Of a stretch of 64,000 bases of DNA, positions 35,057 through 47,900 are shown one piece after another (positions within the stretch are counted from its first letter, which is position 1; each line of letters opens with the position of its first letter). Source of the DNA: Antedon mediterranea. Its lineage: Eukaryota > Animalia > Echinodermata. The notes below the pieces were generated by a model that searched no databases, was not told the origin of the DNA, and saw only the letters and a list, made by a program, of their open reading frames with translations. The stretch lies in assembly GCF_964355755.1 (NCBI RefSeq), contig NC_092670.1, forward strand, positions 3,586,201-3,650,200, written 5' to 3'. The position numbers were made by a program, and so were the translations under genes.

Positions 35057-36943
35057 GTGCTTCATCAACACACAGTATAATATGGTCTTATCTAAATATA
35101 GTTTTATTAACATAAATAAAACCAAAATTAGGATTTATTTTTTTCAAAGAGAAGAATCTATATTAAAATAAATTTAAAAACTATTTTTTTACAATTTGTC
35201 AGTCTTTTTATTCGTTTATTAGTTGAATTTGTTGTCCAAATTGTGCCTTTTAAGTGAACTGATTTAAATTATAAACAGCATTACTTGAAATGAATTACTG
35301 TATAACTTTTAACATGTTTCAATTTGTTTTAATATGTCTGTATTTATGAAGTATTAATTGTCAAAATGTACACAAAGAAGGTTCTAAGTTGAGTGTGCTA
35401 TTTAGAATATTTTAAATAAAAGAATTCCAAAAAAATCAAATAATGTATTTAATTATCTAGTAATCAAGTGCTCATAACCTTCATATTTTCCACAAAAATC
35501 CATTAATAACTTTCCACTTGTACTTTCAATACCATGTATGTGATTACTACTTCTTGTGTTTGTGCTGAGATATGTGTCTGATCAAATTTTAATTGTATTA
35601 ATCTATTAATTGTATTGTAAATTAGATTAACCAGAATTTAGCTCAGGTGTACAGTACAATTAGTGACCAAATAATATATATTTACTGTATGTACAGTAGT
35701 TTTAAAGAAACTAATTAATAAAGATGTACAAGAATATGGTGATAAAATGTATCTTTGTTTTCTCTTTCTGTATAGTTATATCTACCTACACTATTAACTA
35801 GTTTGACAAGTGTGATGTACCCAAATATGGTTGTAATATGCCCAAATACGGTAGTGACATGACATCATCATGTCCATATATTGGCACATCAAATTTGTTG
35901 TCACATAAAGTTTGATAGTGTAGACAGGCTTTAAAATCAGTTTTGAAACCTGTCCAGATGGAAATGATTGTAGTCAAGGGCCCCAGTGATTTGAAGGGCC
36001 CCTAGATTTTTGCATGTTATTGTTACTCAGATAGAAATGCTTTAGTCTGCAAACTCACAGTTTTGCATGAAAGGTTTTCCGAAATTTACCAGTGTAGACC
36101 AGTTGACAAACTTTGGAAAGTTGCAAAAAAGCTAGTTTGCTGAACTTGGGTCATGGACCTTCTTGACCTGATGTTTGTGAACTCTGTCAATCAAATAACA
36201 ATCTATGAGATGTTAGCGGTCATGTGATTTTGGCAGTCATGTGATCTTTCAGATAACAGTCTCTGGTAACTAATGTAGACAGGATTCATAACCTTACCCA
36301 AACGGTGGCAAACAATGGGTTTGCAAACAAAAGTTTAGTTTTGCTAGTGTAGACATAGGCTAAAGCTAAATGGACATGAGGATGTCTTAATAACTACCAT
36401 ATTTGGTCAAACAAAAACACTTCTGAATACAACAATTACAACACTGCACTGTGTTTGGAATGAAAATTTAATATAAAGAATGTATTTCACATTATATGTG
36501 TGATATTCTGAATGAAACACTTTACTATAAAATATATCAGTATAAAAATTGGTTATAAAAATATTTTTATGAATATTTATTAAATGAGGCTTTTGATACG
36601 GATTAAAATATAAATGTATTCTCTACAGAATAAACATACACATAGATTTATATCTTAAACAAATAAACTTGCTTACTTAGTAATGTTTAAGTTCAATACA
36701 TTAGCCCTCTACCAACAGACAAAATTGAACTGGTTTTTTCCCTTTACATGTTGAAAGACAAACGTATGGTAAGTAAAAAGTCTTAATTGTGCAAAAACTT
36801 TGATCAAAAGTCAGGAATAATGTGATACACATGAATTTAGTGTAAGTCAGCTACAAATAAAAAATATAATTTACTTACTATTAAGGCTGTAAAAAGCTTA
36901 TTATAAAACCCTGTTTTTTTGTATTTATATACATAACATATAT

Positions 36944-39900
36944 TTATAACTCGTTACGACTGTTGTAAAGTGGTAGACATTTATTCTGGTAAAGGACGCC
37001 ACCAGGGACACACCTCCATGGGTCATCAGTAGCTTCTTGCCAATTAGCGAGGTTTTCTTTCAGGTTTTTCAAAACATCCTGATGATCAGCATCTTTTGCG
37101 AGGTTCTTGACTTCCAGAGGATCATTATTGACATCAAATAGCTCCCATTCATCTCGATAGTAGTACTGCTGAAGAGTTTTATACCAGTTAGTCGGTTTCT
37201 TTTCTGCCGTTCTTTGCAGCGTGTCGTTGAATGTCGGGCTGACCATGATATCCAGCGCTATTGGGTAAGGAGCACCATGGTTCAGGTTGTGTATCAAACG
37301 ATACTGCTGATTTCTGATCACACGCATCGGGTAATACATCGTGACCTCGTGGAGGTCATGACTGGAGAACACGGAATTCCAACCAGATGATGGCTCGGTG
37401 GTTAACAAAGGAAGCATCGACAAACCAGTTGGTTTAACCTCTTTGCTAAAAATCTTGTACTTTGGAAAGTCTACATTGAACCAATCCAGTATTGTTGGAA
37501 CTAGATCAGTAGTACTGGTCAACGAGCCACTCACTTCTCCCCATCGTTCCGTATGATACGGACTGGAGATCAGCATTGGTTCCCCCATTCCTGGTTCGTA
37601 GAGATTGGTCTTGGCATTTGGAAATGGTATGCCGTTATCGGCGGAATAGATAACCAAAGTGTCATTTAAGTGTCCAGTTAACTCTAGCTGTTTCATGATT
37701 AATCCAATTCCTGGAAATTACAAAACAATTTTTTGTAGGTAATTGACAAAGTAGACATGCCATAAGTTTTTTGTTATTAGATTCCATTGCCATTTATGCA
37801 AAAATAGTTTTCTTTTTATTAATTTGAAGTTAAATCGCTGTCTATAATATACAGTTAACTCTCCTAATACCAGTCTCTCTGAAAATGGGAAACTCTCTCA
37901 AAACCAGACTTTTCCTGATATGAGGGTGCAAGAGGTCACAAATTTGTTATCATTTAAAACATATTTTGGCTTTCTAGAAAACCAGACATCAGGCCAGTCC
38001 AAGATTGGGAGAGTTGACTTTTCTTAAATTAAACTTTTAACATTAGAAAAGAGATTATATGAAGAAAATACCTTGGTCTAATCTACTGTAAGTTGTATAC
38101 TGGGCTGAGATATCTTTACGGGTCTCTGGAGTGTCTGGTAAATATGGCGGCACTGCCACATCCTCTAGGGCATAGTATGTTGGTTTCCAGTCTTCGATTG
38201 AGCCAAAACCTGATTTTGCATCACCAAATTTTTCGCAGAACTGTCCATACTTACTACCCGTGCATCGATGTGGGTCATTGAAAGCTACATACAGAAAGAA
38301 AGGTCTGAAAAACAATAGTTTTAACATATTTTAGGGCATAATGTGGCTCTGGTCTTTTTACAGACTGGAAGACATGCAGTAGTTTGTAGCTTAAAGGGCT
38401 GGCTTCTGTGGGGCTACATTTAGCCTTTAAAAAATGTATGCAAATTAAATCTGGAGTCGGTGATTTTAAGCAAAAAGCACTGCACCATTCAAAAAGGGGT
38501 TTCATCATTAGGAGGCTTTCCTGAATAACCAACAACATTGTACATTTTATCATAGGCTTTTATAGCAAGGCAAGAAGAGATGTCACTGTCAATGTATTCT
38601 ATTATTAAATTATATTTTGTCCAAAAAAGGTGTACTTCAACCTCAAAATTAAGATACTCAGCCAACTACTTCTATTATTGCTATTAGATTTAGATTTTTC
38701 AACCCACCCTGTATCCATTGTTAGGAACTTGTGAACTAGATTTTTAATGTTGGTGATATTTCGACCAACTTGAAGCAATGAGTACTCTTCTTCTGTCCAC
38801 TCATGGTCAAACTTGTACACAGTGTCCGGTCCAATGTGCTTCTTCCCAATAATACCTTTAAACATATTTAAACAAAATGTGTAATATTAATATTTCTTGA
38901 TAAAGCAAAAAAAAAATCTTAGTGAAATGTGTACTAAGATTAATAATATAGGTGGTTTGAAGTTACTTATTATAGAGAGGTAAAATGAGGCCTTAAAGAC
39001 TTTTGGGAGAAGAGGAGAAAGTGACGGAGGAAAGAAAGTGAGGAGAGTGGAGAAAGTGAGGAAGGTGGTAAGTGGGAGGAGTGGAGAAAGTGAGGGGAGG
39101 GGAGAAAGTGTGAGGAGAGTGGAGAAAGTAAGGAACAGACTGGGGAGAGAGGGATGATTGGCTGGTTGGTAACTTTCCCTCTTTTTAATCAAATTTAATT
39201 CTTCACCTGTTCTGATACCGCTACTTTTTAACATGACCGGCAAACTCTTGACATTGTCAAAAGACTGGAAATGATGATATGAATGATGTAATCCATACTG
39301 GCCATTTTGATGTTGTGGAAGACCAGTTAAGATGGCAGATCGGCTTGGTGAGCAACTGCTGACGCTGGTGTACGCATGTTTAATGATCAAGCTTCTCTCT
39401 GCAAGTTTATTGAAATTTGGCGTCTTACATGCTGTGTTGTTGTACACTTGGGACTCAAAGCCGGCGTCATCACCTAATGAAAATTGAAAGAAAATAACAT
39501 GGCTTTTTTGGGAAATAAATTAGTATAGGAGGACAATACAAACATTTTTCATTCACGACTTGTACAGCTAGACATACATAATTATATTATTTTGCCATAC
39601 TGTATAAATTAATTAGACCTAGGCCTAGTAACATATGTTATGCGCAATTTGAACAATTTGTGCAATTGACATACAGTCCAAGTATTACTATTAGTATTAT
39701 TACTTTCATATACACCACTGAGTGAGTCCTATATTTTCATATAATTTTTTTTTAAATCTCTCAGTCTCTCTAAACTCTAGCTACTATACTAATCTTACTT
39801 AGACCTTAGGCCTATTATTATATAATATAGGCCTAGTAGGCTAGTAGGCCTATTGTTGAAAACTGATGTTATTTTTTACCAATAATAAGAAGGACGTTCC

Positions 39901-39964
39901 TTTGCCGTCCTTCAGAACAGATCAAACAGAAGCCAATTATAAAGAAGATGGGATGGATCACCAT
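36944..39964 (-). CDS. SGSH: N-sulphoglucosamine sulphohydrolase (sulfamidase). Exons 39880-39964, 39208-39474, 38708-38856, 38072-38304, 36944-37711
   Basis: Signal peptide then [20 protein letters not shown]; sulfatase motif [26 protein letters not shown]; [13 protein letters not shown]; DNGIPFP; [10 protein letters not shown]; DPWRC. Confidence 0.96.
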
Positions 39965-40059
39965 TTTGGTAAAAAAAACTGCTGTTTTTAACTTTACACT
40001 GTATTATTTTGTCTTTGACACACACACAGTGCACACAGTGGAGGCACAGAGTGAGAAGA

Positions 40060-40105
40060 AGCCCACCAATAACAAACATGTCATGTGATGTGTGTCACCT
40101 GACTG
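40060..40105. promoter_or_regulatory. CCAAT box plus two MiT/TFE (CLEAR/M-box-like) sites in the SGSH/SLC26A11 divergent promoter
   Basis: CCAAT 40066-40070, GTCATGTGAT 40080-40089, GTCACCTGAC 40094-40103 (9/10 match to GTCACGTGAC). Confidence 0.6.
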
Positions 40106-41127
40106 GCGGACACAGCTATCGGCACGTACGGTCATGCCGCTATGTTTTTAAAGTTTTATTGACATGAATGGTTCAGTAAATAAATAAAAACTACAAATAT
40201 CCATAATTAGTCTACGAATAAAATGTTAATATTTGCAAGCAATTATATTGAACGTGCTAGTTAAATCTTGAATAGTTAAATTTAGAGTCGTATAATCAAA
40301 ACATGGTTAAACGTGCCAATAGCCAAATCTAAATCTTATTTCTACGCTCGAGATCATTTTTGCGAGCCGAGTTAATACATCCAGCACCGCCGCCGCCAGA
40401 ATTGAGAGTGTGTGGGGATGATGCGCATGTAAAAAACTTTTCAAAGGTACAGTAAAGTCGTCGTTAAAAATAAGGATGGTATAAAAGTATAACGTTTTGT
40501 GTTTGTCATTTAGGCCTACTAGTTACTAGGCCTATGGTGGGGAGTATACTTGTAAGTTGTAGGCCTAATTAGAAGGACGGCTAGCTAGCTGCCTTCTTCG
40601 CCCCTTCGTTAGTTTAGTTAGGCCTAGGGCTAAACCTAAACTAGCCTCTAGGCCTAGCTAGAGACCTACTAGGCCTAGGGCCTACTAACTAAGGCCCACT
40701 GCGAAACAGGTAGGGGCCGGCCTAGCCTATTTTTAGTAAGCTAATATGCCATCCACCAGACGTATGGCTTCATGAAACAAGGGACGTGGCAGCTGGACTA
40801 ACTAACTTTTTTACAATAATTTATTTGTATAATATTGATAATCAAAATTTACTTTTCAGAAATAAATACATATACATAGTACATACTGTACAAATTGATA
40901 TGACATGATGAGATTTAATATTGACTGTTTATGCTATTACGAATACAATCAATGAAATCGACTGCGTTTTAAATGTCTGTTTTGTTTTAAATTACAGTTT
41001 AAATTCTAGATTTGTTTTAGCAAAAAATAGCGTGACTACTTCGGACGTGTGTTTCTCAGCAATTCGCCCAAGTTGTATTAATTAAAGAACAAATATTTTC
41101 CCCACATGTAACATGGCATTGTCATAA

Positions 41128-41465
41128 TGCACTTGTCAATTGTATGACTTACTATACGACCCCCGGGAGAGGTGCGTCATGGGTGCGTCATTTACAAATA
41201 ATTACTGACGCAGGGGTGCGTCAAAAAACCTAGATGGTACGTCGCATCAATGAACAAGGTGTGTCAATGTCCGTCACTTTACCACCCACCATATCATAAA
41301 CAACATGGTCACAGTGCGTCAAAATGGGTGCGTCATGGTCACCTAAAGGTAAGTCACCTTTTTGACGCACGGGTGCGTCATGGTGTTCAAAAGTATGACG
41401 CAAATCGGACAAATGACGCACCTCTCCCGGGAGTCGTATAGTGGGTCATACAATTGACAAGTGCA
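41128..41465. mobile_element. 338-bp MITE with ~50-bp TIRs and TAA flanks
   Basis: TGCACTTGTCAATTGTATGACTTACTATACGACCCCCGGGAGAGGTGCGTCAT mirrored at the right end; internal TGCGTCA/TGACGCA repeats. Confidence 0.85.
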
Positions 41466-41579
41466 TAACTATGCTTGTAAAAAAATGAAATGCCTGCTGG
41501 TGGAACTACGCAAAATTACTATGGTCTAGAATTAGAAGAATATTAGATTAGACAAAGCTTACATTACTAAAGACAACAA

Positions 41580-42440
41580 ATTAGTTTATGTGTACAGTGT
41601 ACCCCTTTAGTTTATGTTTACAGTGTACCCCTTTAGTTTATGTGTACAGTGTACCCCTTTAGTTTATATGTACAGTGTACCCCTTTAGTTTATGTGTACA
41701 GTGTACCCCTTTAGTTTATGTGTACAGTGTACCCCTTTAGTTTATGTGTACAGTGTACCCCTTTAGTTTATGTATACAGTGTACCCCTTTAGTTTATGTG
41801 TACAGTGTACCCCTTTAGTTTATGTGTACAGTGTACCCCTTTAGTTTATGTATACAGTGTACCCCTTTAGTTTATGTGTACAGTGTACCCCTTTAGTTTA
41901 TGTGTACAGTGTACCCCTTTAGTTTATGTGTACAGTGTACCCCTTTAGTTTATGTATACAGTGTACCCCTTTAGTTTATGTGTACAGTGTACCCCTTTAG
42001 TTTATGTGTACAGTGTACCCCTTTAGTTTATGTGTACAGTGTACCCCTTTAGTTTATGTGTACAGTGTACCCCTTTAGTTTATGTGTACAGTGTACCCCT
42101 TTAGTTTATGTGTACAGTGTACCCCTTTAGTTTATGTGTACAGTGTACCCCTTTAGTTTATGTGTACAGTGTACCCTTTTAGTTTATGTGTACAGTGTAC
42201 CCCTTTAGTTTATGTGTACAGTGTACCTCTTTAGTTTATGTGTACAGTGTACCCCTTTAGTTTATGTGTACAGTGTACCCCTTTAGTTTATGTGTACAGT
42301 GTACCCCTTTAGTTTATGTGTACAGTGTACCCCTTTAGTTTATGTGTACAGTGTACCCCTTTAGTTTATGTGTACAGTGTACCCCTTTAGTTTATGTGTA
42401 CAGTGTACCAATTTAGTTTATGTGTGCAGTGTACCCCTTA
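41580..42440. repeat. 26-bp minisatellite, ~33 copies
   Basis: Unit tttagtttatgtgtacagtgtacccc. Confidence 0.97.
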
Positions 42441-44953
42441 TTACCAATAAACCATACAGTAAACTTACAATTATTATTGGCAAGAAATTTGGATATTTAA
42501 ATTGTAAATTAAGTGGATCCACAATGTATAGACTTTTATTTTATAGTATAAACGTCGTGAGGTAATTTCCCGATTGATCGTAATAAAAACGGTACGGGGT
42601 TTGGTCTACTAGCGTTCCCACTCCCAACTCGTCATCCATTCATAGAAGCCTTAATGAAGTAAGCCCACCTGGTGGTAATAACCATAGAACTTTCCCGAGA
42701 TAACGACTATACTTCGGCTTTAGTCGATAGAAGATTGAAAAATTGTTAGAGATAGAGTATACGATGTTTGATTATGTGTAGATGTGTGACTTCTTCTATT
42801 ATTCAAATGATGTTCCGCAAAAAGAGATGAAGATAGGCCTAGTAGTTGGGTGTAATGTTTTTTTATATCAATTAATTTAATTATCCCAGACTGTTTATTA
42901 TGCGATAAATATTATTTTGTATATATTTTTTTAATATTTATTGTTATGATTATAATATTTATAAAAAGATATGTGTTAGTATAAATTAAAAAATATAAAA
43001 CATAAATAAGGAAGAAAAGCAAAGAGATTATGGAGCGGCTATTCCTGAATATACAATACTAAGTATCGTAAGTTTAAATTTATACATTTTAGGCGATCTT
43101 GATAAAGGTCAAGCGCCTAGCCTACCACGTTTTGATATTCAATATTGAATGATAAATGGAGTGGATCCACACTGTACTTTATTTTATAGTTATTATAAAG
43201 TAAAGAAAGATATCAATTAAACAAAACTAAAAAATGCTAAATGAATAATTTATATGTAACATTGGGTCATTCTTATTACCAAAGAAATTATTTATTATTA
43301 ATTATATTATTAATTATTTATTATTAGGTAAAACAGTATAATTAACTACATGTTTGAATGACCATTAACTGTAGCTTGATATATATCCTACTAATAACTA
43401 TCATATGTAGAAGAATTATATCCAAAGTACCAGCAAAAATCCTGAAAGCTTATATTATTTAAAAAATGCTAGGTTGGACCACTGCTGCAGTGTTTTATGT
43501 GTATGACTATTAAAATCTATACTGTATAAACCGAAGATCCAGTGTGTTCTAATGCTTTAGTTTATCAACAGACCACAGACTCTTTTTTTTTTGGAACAAG
43601 AAGACTGTACAGTATCCATATACTTTATGTATATACTGTTTAATACTACATCACTAGTTTATTGATAGTGGAAATGTTGGTATGTATGTGTAGTCAATCA
43701 ATATTTCATTGTTGTTATCCGTTTCATTTTTCACCAATTACCATTTGATCTTTATGAAATATTTTCAGTGAAAAGAAAAAGATTAGGTATTATTAACTGA
43801 GCACTATTAATCAATTGAGAGTAGGCAAGGTTGTATTGGGTAACATTTGCCAATGCCATACTGCTGGTGAAAATTTTCTCCAATATTTTCTTATTTTCAT
43901 ATTTTACAGCCAAGATTGATTAAAATTCCCTACAATGTATTATAGTTTAGCTACCACTCCATATATTTCCTTTGTCAAAACTTATTTACTTATTTATCAG
44001 TTATCATTATCAACATACTGTATGGTTTGTGTGACATAACTTTCAAATGTTGTCATCATAATTCATATACTATTCATTATTAATATTTTATACTACAAAA
44101 TTGTCATTAGGCAGTAATACGCAATTTTGCATGAAGTGATAGTGTAATATAATAAATTAGTAATAATATAGTGTAAATTACTTAATTATCTCAATATCTA
44201 TTTTTAAAATAATTTTGATATTGAAAATGTGTGTAGTTTTGGTCGCTTTCTTGTCGATGCTTTTATTGTAGAACGTAATTTATTTATTTTTCTCTGTTCT
44301 GGGTTGACCAACTAGTAGCATAGGTGTTTAGCACCTGTTTGGTCTTTTCGTGCCTCCTTTTATAATTGTTTTGTCTTCTTTGTAATGTATGGCAGAAATT
44401 GAATAAAAAATGGATAAATAAATAGTTATTCATGAATATTATACTATTTTAGTGAACTCAGAATAGGCTTCAACCAGCAACCATGATCTGATGAGGCTCA
44501 ATAGGGTTTTGTTTTTAGTTATTACACAACTCGATGGTAAAAATCTTGAAATTAATTACTTAAATGTTATCGCCTACTTTATTAATTCTGTTATTCACTT
44601 TATATTTGCGTTGTCATTGTAATGTAGTATTATTTTATTAGTTTATTTGCTTCTGTACTGTGGTACTGTCTGTACTGTTCACACATTAGAGACTCAAACT
44701 GTGTCAACGACTGTATTCTGCAATCAGTTCTAGACATAAGTTGAAAAGATTAGTAAAAACTAAGCGTGCAGTGTTTTAATAATCGTTACAGAGGACCAAA
44801 TTAATCTTTTTAATTTACTCATAAAACTATTATTGAATAACATTTTTTGTTTAATAGATCATGACGATTTTAACGAGGTGAGACTAGAGGGCGTAGTACC
44901 CTCATAAACGGAGACATTATATGCCATCAATTCCATAATCATACTCGCTCACG

Positions 44954-47900
44954 ATGGAAATGCACGAGATAAAAGAGAAGGTTTCCGACTATTGTTCCAA
45001 AGACACATGGAAGGCACGTTTTCCAATCTCAATCTGGCTGCCGACTTATAAAATTGGATACGCAATTAATGACTTTGTAGCCGGGATAACCGTTGCTTTG
45101 ACTGTTCTTCCTCAGGGACTCGCCTATGCAAGTATAGCAAAGCTCCCAGCCCAAGTAAGTATCAACAAATACTATATGCAACCATTTTTAGCTGTTCAAT
45201 ATTGTTACATTGTGTATATCTAATACCCTTTTCACATCTGCATTAATTTGTAACTTGTAACAACTTGTAACCACATGTAATTACATGTTTTCATATATAC
45301 ATAATGCAAACTCTGAGAAATCTCTGAAGGAAAGCATAGTTGCATGCTATTTGATGATTTGTCAGTTTAAAATCAGGGTAATACACATGTGCACAGTATC
45401 GGAATAAAAAAGATCCTCTTATCACTATCAGTAAGTAAATAAGTAATATTTATTGCTTTCCAAGAGCAGTACAAATTTATAAAACAGTATAATGTAAATG
45501 AAATAAAAGGGAAAACATTAAATATAATAATACAAGACTAAACTATAAAATAAGCATGGAAAGCAGGGGATTGTTGTAAACATGGAAAGCAGGGGATGGC
45601 TCTTTATGCCCATGGGCTTGTTGTAAGCATGGAAAGCAGGGGATGGCTCTTTAAGCCCATGGGCTTGTTGTAAGCATGGAAAGCAGGGGATGGCTCTTTA
45701 AGCCCAAAGGCTTGTTCCCAACATGAAAAACAATATTACAATAATTATACAAAAATATGAATCTATTATAATTATATACAGTATTACAAATTAATTTTAA
45801 TTACATGTTTGATTTATGCCGAATTCTGATAATCATTATTATTATAAAAATATCTACTATTATTTACAAGAAAAGTCAATCATAATTTTAGGTCTATATA
45901 ATTTGCATATTTGTTAATAAAAATTTGTAAAAGTGTTGTATTCACACTATGCAAACCTGGTTACAACTTGTTACATTTTGCACATGTGAAATGGGTATTA
46001 GGCAATCTTTGACACTTCATGGCCATGCGTGACTCCCAGGCAATCTGGGACTGAGGGAAACTGTTTTCATCACCCATGAAAATTTGTTGGGTTTGAATGA
46101 TGTTTGCATACTGTAAAGTAAGCCTAAGTAGAGTATGAATGGTAAATATGGGGACATATCATCCTACTGATGTTACTGTTACCAATTTTCTACTAAACGT
46201 ATGATTTATTTTATAGCCAAATAATAAATATTTGTTTTTTATTTTTAGTATGGCTTATATTCCTCCTTCATGGGATGTTTTGTGTATTTCTTTCTTGGAA
46301 TGTCCAAAGACATCACCGTTGGTCCGACAGCTATTATGTCGTTGCTCGTGTCCTCGTATGGAACGTCTAACAGTACGGATGATACGTTGAATGATCCGGC
46401 GTATGCAATAACGTTAGCTTGTATATGCGGGCTCATCCAAATTGTTATTGGAGTTTTACATTTAGGTTTGTACTGTATATAAAAATTAAAATATTTAAAA
46501 AAAACAACAATTTTGGGAAATCCAAAGCCATTCTAGGAGCATGGCACTGAGAACGTCCTTGGCACTGAGACTCCAGCAATCTAAAGATCTGTCTACACTA
46601 TCAAACTAGTTTAACAAAAAAATGTGATGTGCCCATATATGGTCCATTATACAGTATACTATATTTAAGCATATCACCAAAGTAAGTAAGTAAGTACCAA
46701 ATGTTTTTTGTTCAGATTAACAGGTACTGTTCTCCTTTATGGTCTAATCATTTTTTATAAAATATCAACCGACTTAAAGTTTGTTATAATGATGCTTTCC
46801 GGAGGTTATTGGGACAACCCAGATTTGTTAGTGCGAGGAATTTGTTTGTGGAAAACAATATTCTATCATTTCATGAATATTTGAGGATTTCGACTTACCG
46901 ATTTCTCACAAGAATAATGAAAAGCGAAAGCAGAATGTTAATTTGTATATATAAATATTTGTTGATGGATTTAAACATGAACTACAAATGGAGAGAGGCA
47001 TTATATACCTGATAAAAGTTTGGATCCTCTCTCCTTTATCTTTTTTTTGTAATGTATTATACCATATGGACAATTGTCTGAAATAAAAGTTGAATTGAAA
47101 AAAGTACCATATTTGCGCACATCACACTTTTTTTGTCAAACTAGTTTGATAGTGTAGATAGAGCTTTAGAAAATCCACAGGATTCCAGGACACTCCATGG
47201 CAATCTGTGACACTTCACTGCATTCTGTGACACTCCACTAACATTCGGGAGACTCAACTCAATCTTTTGGATTTGAAAGAGGTTTACATAAGTACAGTAT
47301 GAATGATAAATATAGGAATAGGACAATTATTTTTAATTTCTGTATTTAATTCATTATCATTTCTTTGTATTATGATAGGTGCCTTGACAAGCTTTATCTC
47401 GGCGACTGTAATCTCTGGATTCACAACAGCATCGGCTCTTACGATAGGAGCTGGACAAATCAAAAATCTGTTCGGTATAAGTTACGAGGGAGATGCTTTC
47501 TATGAAGATATTATTGGTGTGATTTCAAATATAACAGACACAAAGTAAGTATTTTGGACCCCCTGCCACCCACTCCAAAAACATCTTTACTTGACATACT
47601 AAGTTAAAAAAACAACTGTATAAAAAATGTAGGTAAAACATTGTTAAAAAATAAACTGTAATTCATATTCATTTGTTAAAATAATCTTCACAGTAAAACT
47701 GAATGTACAACAATAGATTTTAAAAAGAACTATAAAAACAATTAAAAAGGTTACAATAAAGCTCAATTTACATTTTAAAAAAAAACGATACAGAATCAAA
47801 TAACAGTCTGTCGTACAAAGTAGTGGATAGAATAATACACAATAGATGTTATATCATTAATTATTATCTATATTATAATAGCACTAAGCTAACATTTTTT

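Noticed and set aside
38887-39207. Leu/Ser/Pro tail of ORF 38887-39447
   Set aside because: Read-through into a polypurine/polypyrimidine intron after the G|GTGAAG donor; SGSH resumes at 38856.
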